Of a stretch of 32,000 nt of DNA, positions 30,226 to 32,000 are shown in pieces. How positions within the stretch are numbered: position 1 is the first letter of the stretch; every line of letters starts with the position of its first letter. The stretch is from Acutalibacteraceae bacterium (GTDB taxonomy: Bacteria > Bacillota > Clostridia > Oscillospirales > Acutalibacteraceae): assembly GCA_045643805.1 (NCBI GenBank), contig JAZRFT010000034.1:12222-44221 (forward strand). The letters are read 5' to 3'. The position numbers were made by a program, and so were the translations under genes. The notes beneath the pieces are model-generated. The model was not told the origin of the DNA. It saw only the letters and a list, made by a program, of their open reading frames with translations, and searched no databases.

Positions 30226-30846
30226 ATGAAAATAAATGCAGTTGTCTTTTCAGTGAAAAGCCTGTTAATCAAGGATAAGGGGCTTCTTTCGGCTTTTGTT
30301 ACAATTTTTGCAGGAATTTTAGTCGGTGTGCTTACATATGCTTTTGCATTAAACAACAGTAAAATTGAATTATTCGAACTGTTTGTTTCATTCAATACTG
30401 AATACATAAACAAAACAAATATTGAGATTTTTTCCGGCATTGCGTTAAATGTACTTATTTATTATTTTGTGCTGTTTTTATCAGGAACAAGCTTTTTAGG
30501 AAGATATATCTGTATGACAGCAAGCTTTGTAAAGGTTGCAGGAATCAGTGCTTTGATTTCATATTTGTATGTGCAGTACGGACTCAAGGGTCTGGAATAC
30601 GTTTTACTTGTATTTTTTCCGGGAAAGTGTATTTTAATATCCGCTGCCGTGATTATGACAAAAACCAGCTACGATATGAGCTGTATTGTAAAAAGCGGAA
30701 CAACCGAAAAGGGGAGTACTGCCCCAATCAAAAAGATATATTACTTTAAAAGTTTAATTTTCGGTATGTTGTTTGTTTTGTCGGCTACAGTTGATTTTCT
30801 TTCATTAAAAATTTTTTCGGGTTTATTTGATTTTTCGCAATTATAA
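30226..30846 (+). CDS. spoIIM: Stage II sporulation protein M (SpoIIM)-like membrane protein
   Basis: 206 aa with about 5 TM segments. The layout and the LLVFFPGKCILISAAVIM region resemble B. subtilis SpoIIM (LPQNLLLIPAYLIM). It neighbours a Xer recombinase, as in Bacillus. RBS GCGGAGAA lies upstream. Confidence 0.55.
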   Translation: MKINAVVFSVKSLLIKDKGLLSAFVTIFAGILVGVLTYAFALNNSKIELFELFVSFNTEYINKTNIEIFSGIALNVLIYYFVLFLSGTSFLGRYICMTASFVKVAGISALISYLYVQYGLKGLEYVLLVFFPGKCILISAAVIMTKTSYDMSCIVKSGTTEKGSTAPIKKIYYFKSLIFGMLFVLSATVDFLSLKIFSGLFDFSQL

Positions 30847-30925
30847 AAAGCCACTATGTGGTAGTTAATATTAAATTTTAAGCAATATACTGACTTGTTT
30901 TCCAGCAAAGTCAGATGTGATATAT

Positions 30926-30973
30926 AACAAAACCTCCTATAGTAGTTTTAATTCTACCTTAGAAGGTTTTGTT
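30926..30973. terminator. Long imperfect hairpin between convergent spoIIM-like and xer genes (probable bidirectional terminator)
   Basis: aacaaaacctcc (30926-30937) pairs with gaaggttttgtt (30962-30973), with one mismatch. An inner tagtag/ctacct helix adds further pairing. T-rich sequence lies downstream on the + strand. Confidence 0.5.
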
Positions 30974-31004
30974 GTCATTGTCCGTTTTTAATAGACTTGT
31001 TCAG

Positions 31005-32000
31005 TTATTCAGTTGGCTTTTCCTTTGAGAGTGGGTTACTGGATATTGCATCCTTGATTTGCTGATTTTCTATATGGGTATAAATTTCTGTTGTTGAAAG
31101 ATTTTCATGACCGAGCACCTCTTTGAGTGTAATTACATCAACGTCACCGTGCTGATACATAAGCGTTGCAGCAGTATGTCTGAGCTTATGTACTGAATAA
31201 TGCTGTCCGTCGAGTCCGATATCCTTAAGATATTTATAAACCATCAGCTGCACAGCTTGTCTGCCGATACGTTTATTCAAGCGACTGAGAAACAAAGCTT
31301 TTCGAGCATCGTCATCAGCAAGACCGTCGTGAGGGCGCTCACGTAGGTAAGCATTCAATGCTAGAATACAGGATTTATTAAGGTATACCATTCGTTCTTT
31401 GTTGCCTTTACCTTTTACTACCATAGTGTTGCTTTCAAAATTGATATCACTTATATTAAGAGAAACCAATTCAGCAAGACGTAATCCGCAATTAAGAAAG
31501 AAAGTCAGAATACAGTAATCTCTCGATTTGTTTTCACCGTTTACGGCATTCAACAGGGCTTTGCTTTGCTCAAGTGTAAGATAACGGGGGAGGCTCTTTT
31601 TTGAAGATGCGACCTCAAGCATTTCCAGAGGATTCTGGTCAATATATTTCATTTTTACTGAAAGGAATTTAAATAAGCCTCTTAATGCTGAAGCCTTGCG
31701 CATTCTGCCACGAGCTTCGTTTTTTCGGTCTTTTTTGCAATATGTTAAGAAATTGTTAACATCTTTTAAGGACACACTGTTAAAAAAATCACGGTCTAAA
31801 AAAGACAAATCAAAATCATCAGGCAATTCATCAGGAGAACCGTAATTCATTTTTTGCGAAACCATATACCTGAGAAACAATCTGATATCGGATGTATATT
31901 CGTTAAGCGTAGCTTCTGAACGGTCCTTGCTTACAGACAGGTCATCTATGAATTCGTTGACAAGCTCAGGCAAAAGCTTGCGATTTAAATAAGGAAGCAT
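31005..32000 (-). CDS. Tyrosine recombinase, XerC/XerD family (start at or beyond the window edge)
   Basis: The full catalytic set is present: R (CGLRLAEL), K (VKGKGNKER), HxxR (HKLRHT), H (LGHENL) and Y (TEIYTH). The ATG occupies the last three bases of the window, so the true N-terminus is uncertain. Confidence 0.85.
   Translation of the reverse strand: MLPYLNRKLLPELVNEFIDDLSVSKDRSEATLNEYTSDIRLFLRYMVSQKMNYGSPDELPDDFDLSFLDRDFFNSVSLKDVNNFLTYCKKDRKNEARGRMRKASALRGLFKFLSVKMKYIDQNPLEMLEVASSKKSLPRYLTLEQSKALLNAVNGENKSRDYCILTFFLNCGLRLAELVSLNISDINFESNTMVVKGKGNKERMVYLNKSCILALNAYLRERPHDGLADDDARKALFLSRLNKRIGRQAVQLMVYKYLKDIGLDGQHYSVHKLRHTAATLMYQHGDVDVITLKEVLGHENLSTTEIYTHIENQQIKDAISSNPLSKEKPTE

Noticed and set aside
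31005-32000. The tyrosine recombinase as a marker of a prophage or integrative element inside this window
   Set aside because: No phage, conjugation or cargo genes, tRNA attachment sites or direct repeats are visible on the in-window side. The neighbouring genes (spoIIM-like, yajC, tgt, queA) are conserved housekeeping and sporulation genes in a Bacillus-like order.

Overview
This is an AT-rich core-chromosome window from an endospore-forming, low-GC Firmicute, probably a member of the Clostridia. Supporting markers are an alpha/beta-type SASP gene, a SpoIIM-like gene, queA-tgt-yajC-yrzE-like synteny, and extended -10 (TGnTATAAT) promoters. I support 31 CDS. In order they are: uvrA (3' part), a GPH sugar symporter plus GH13 alpha-glucosidase, a PHP-phosphatase/YfcC-transporter operon, an SASP, an M20 dipeptidase, an OFA-type MFS transporter, a small P-loop NTPase, pyruvate kinase, a GH43-like hydrolase, and a DUF1292 protein. 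These are followed by a kinase-like gene fused onto a complete nine-gene V-type ATPase operon (ntpFIKECGABD order), then ylmH, dapA-asd, queA-tgt, yajC, two small membrane proteins (YrzE-like, SpoIIM-like), and a Xer-family tyrosine recombinase cut by the window edge. I saw no rRNA, tRNA, CRISPR array, transposase, toxin-antitoxin or recognisable defence genes, so most of the window is ordinary housekeeping DNA. Two items deserve a second look. (1) A membrane-anchored Hanks-type kinase homologue has YPN in place of the HRD catalytic triad, and its stop codon overlaps the start of the first V-ATPase gene; it looks like a predicted pseudokinase co-transcribed with a probably Na+-translocating V-ATPase. 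(2) A roughly 190-nt GC-rich, highly self-complementary element lies between two convergent genes. It has none of the hallmark motifs of the RNA families I can recognise by eye. Smaller regulatory oddities are listed separately: a perfect 24-bp palindrome at a sugar-operon promoter, crossed asd/queA promoters, and a terminator that sequesters the next gene's Shine-Dalgarno sequence. All promoter, terminator and function calls come from reading the sequence by eye; no database search was possible.
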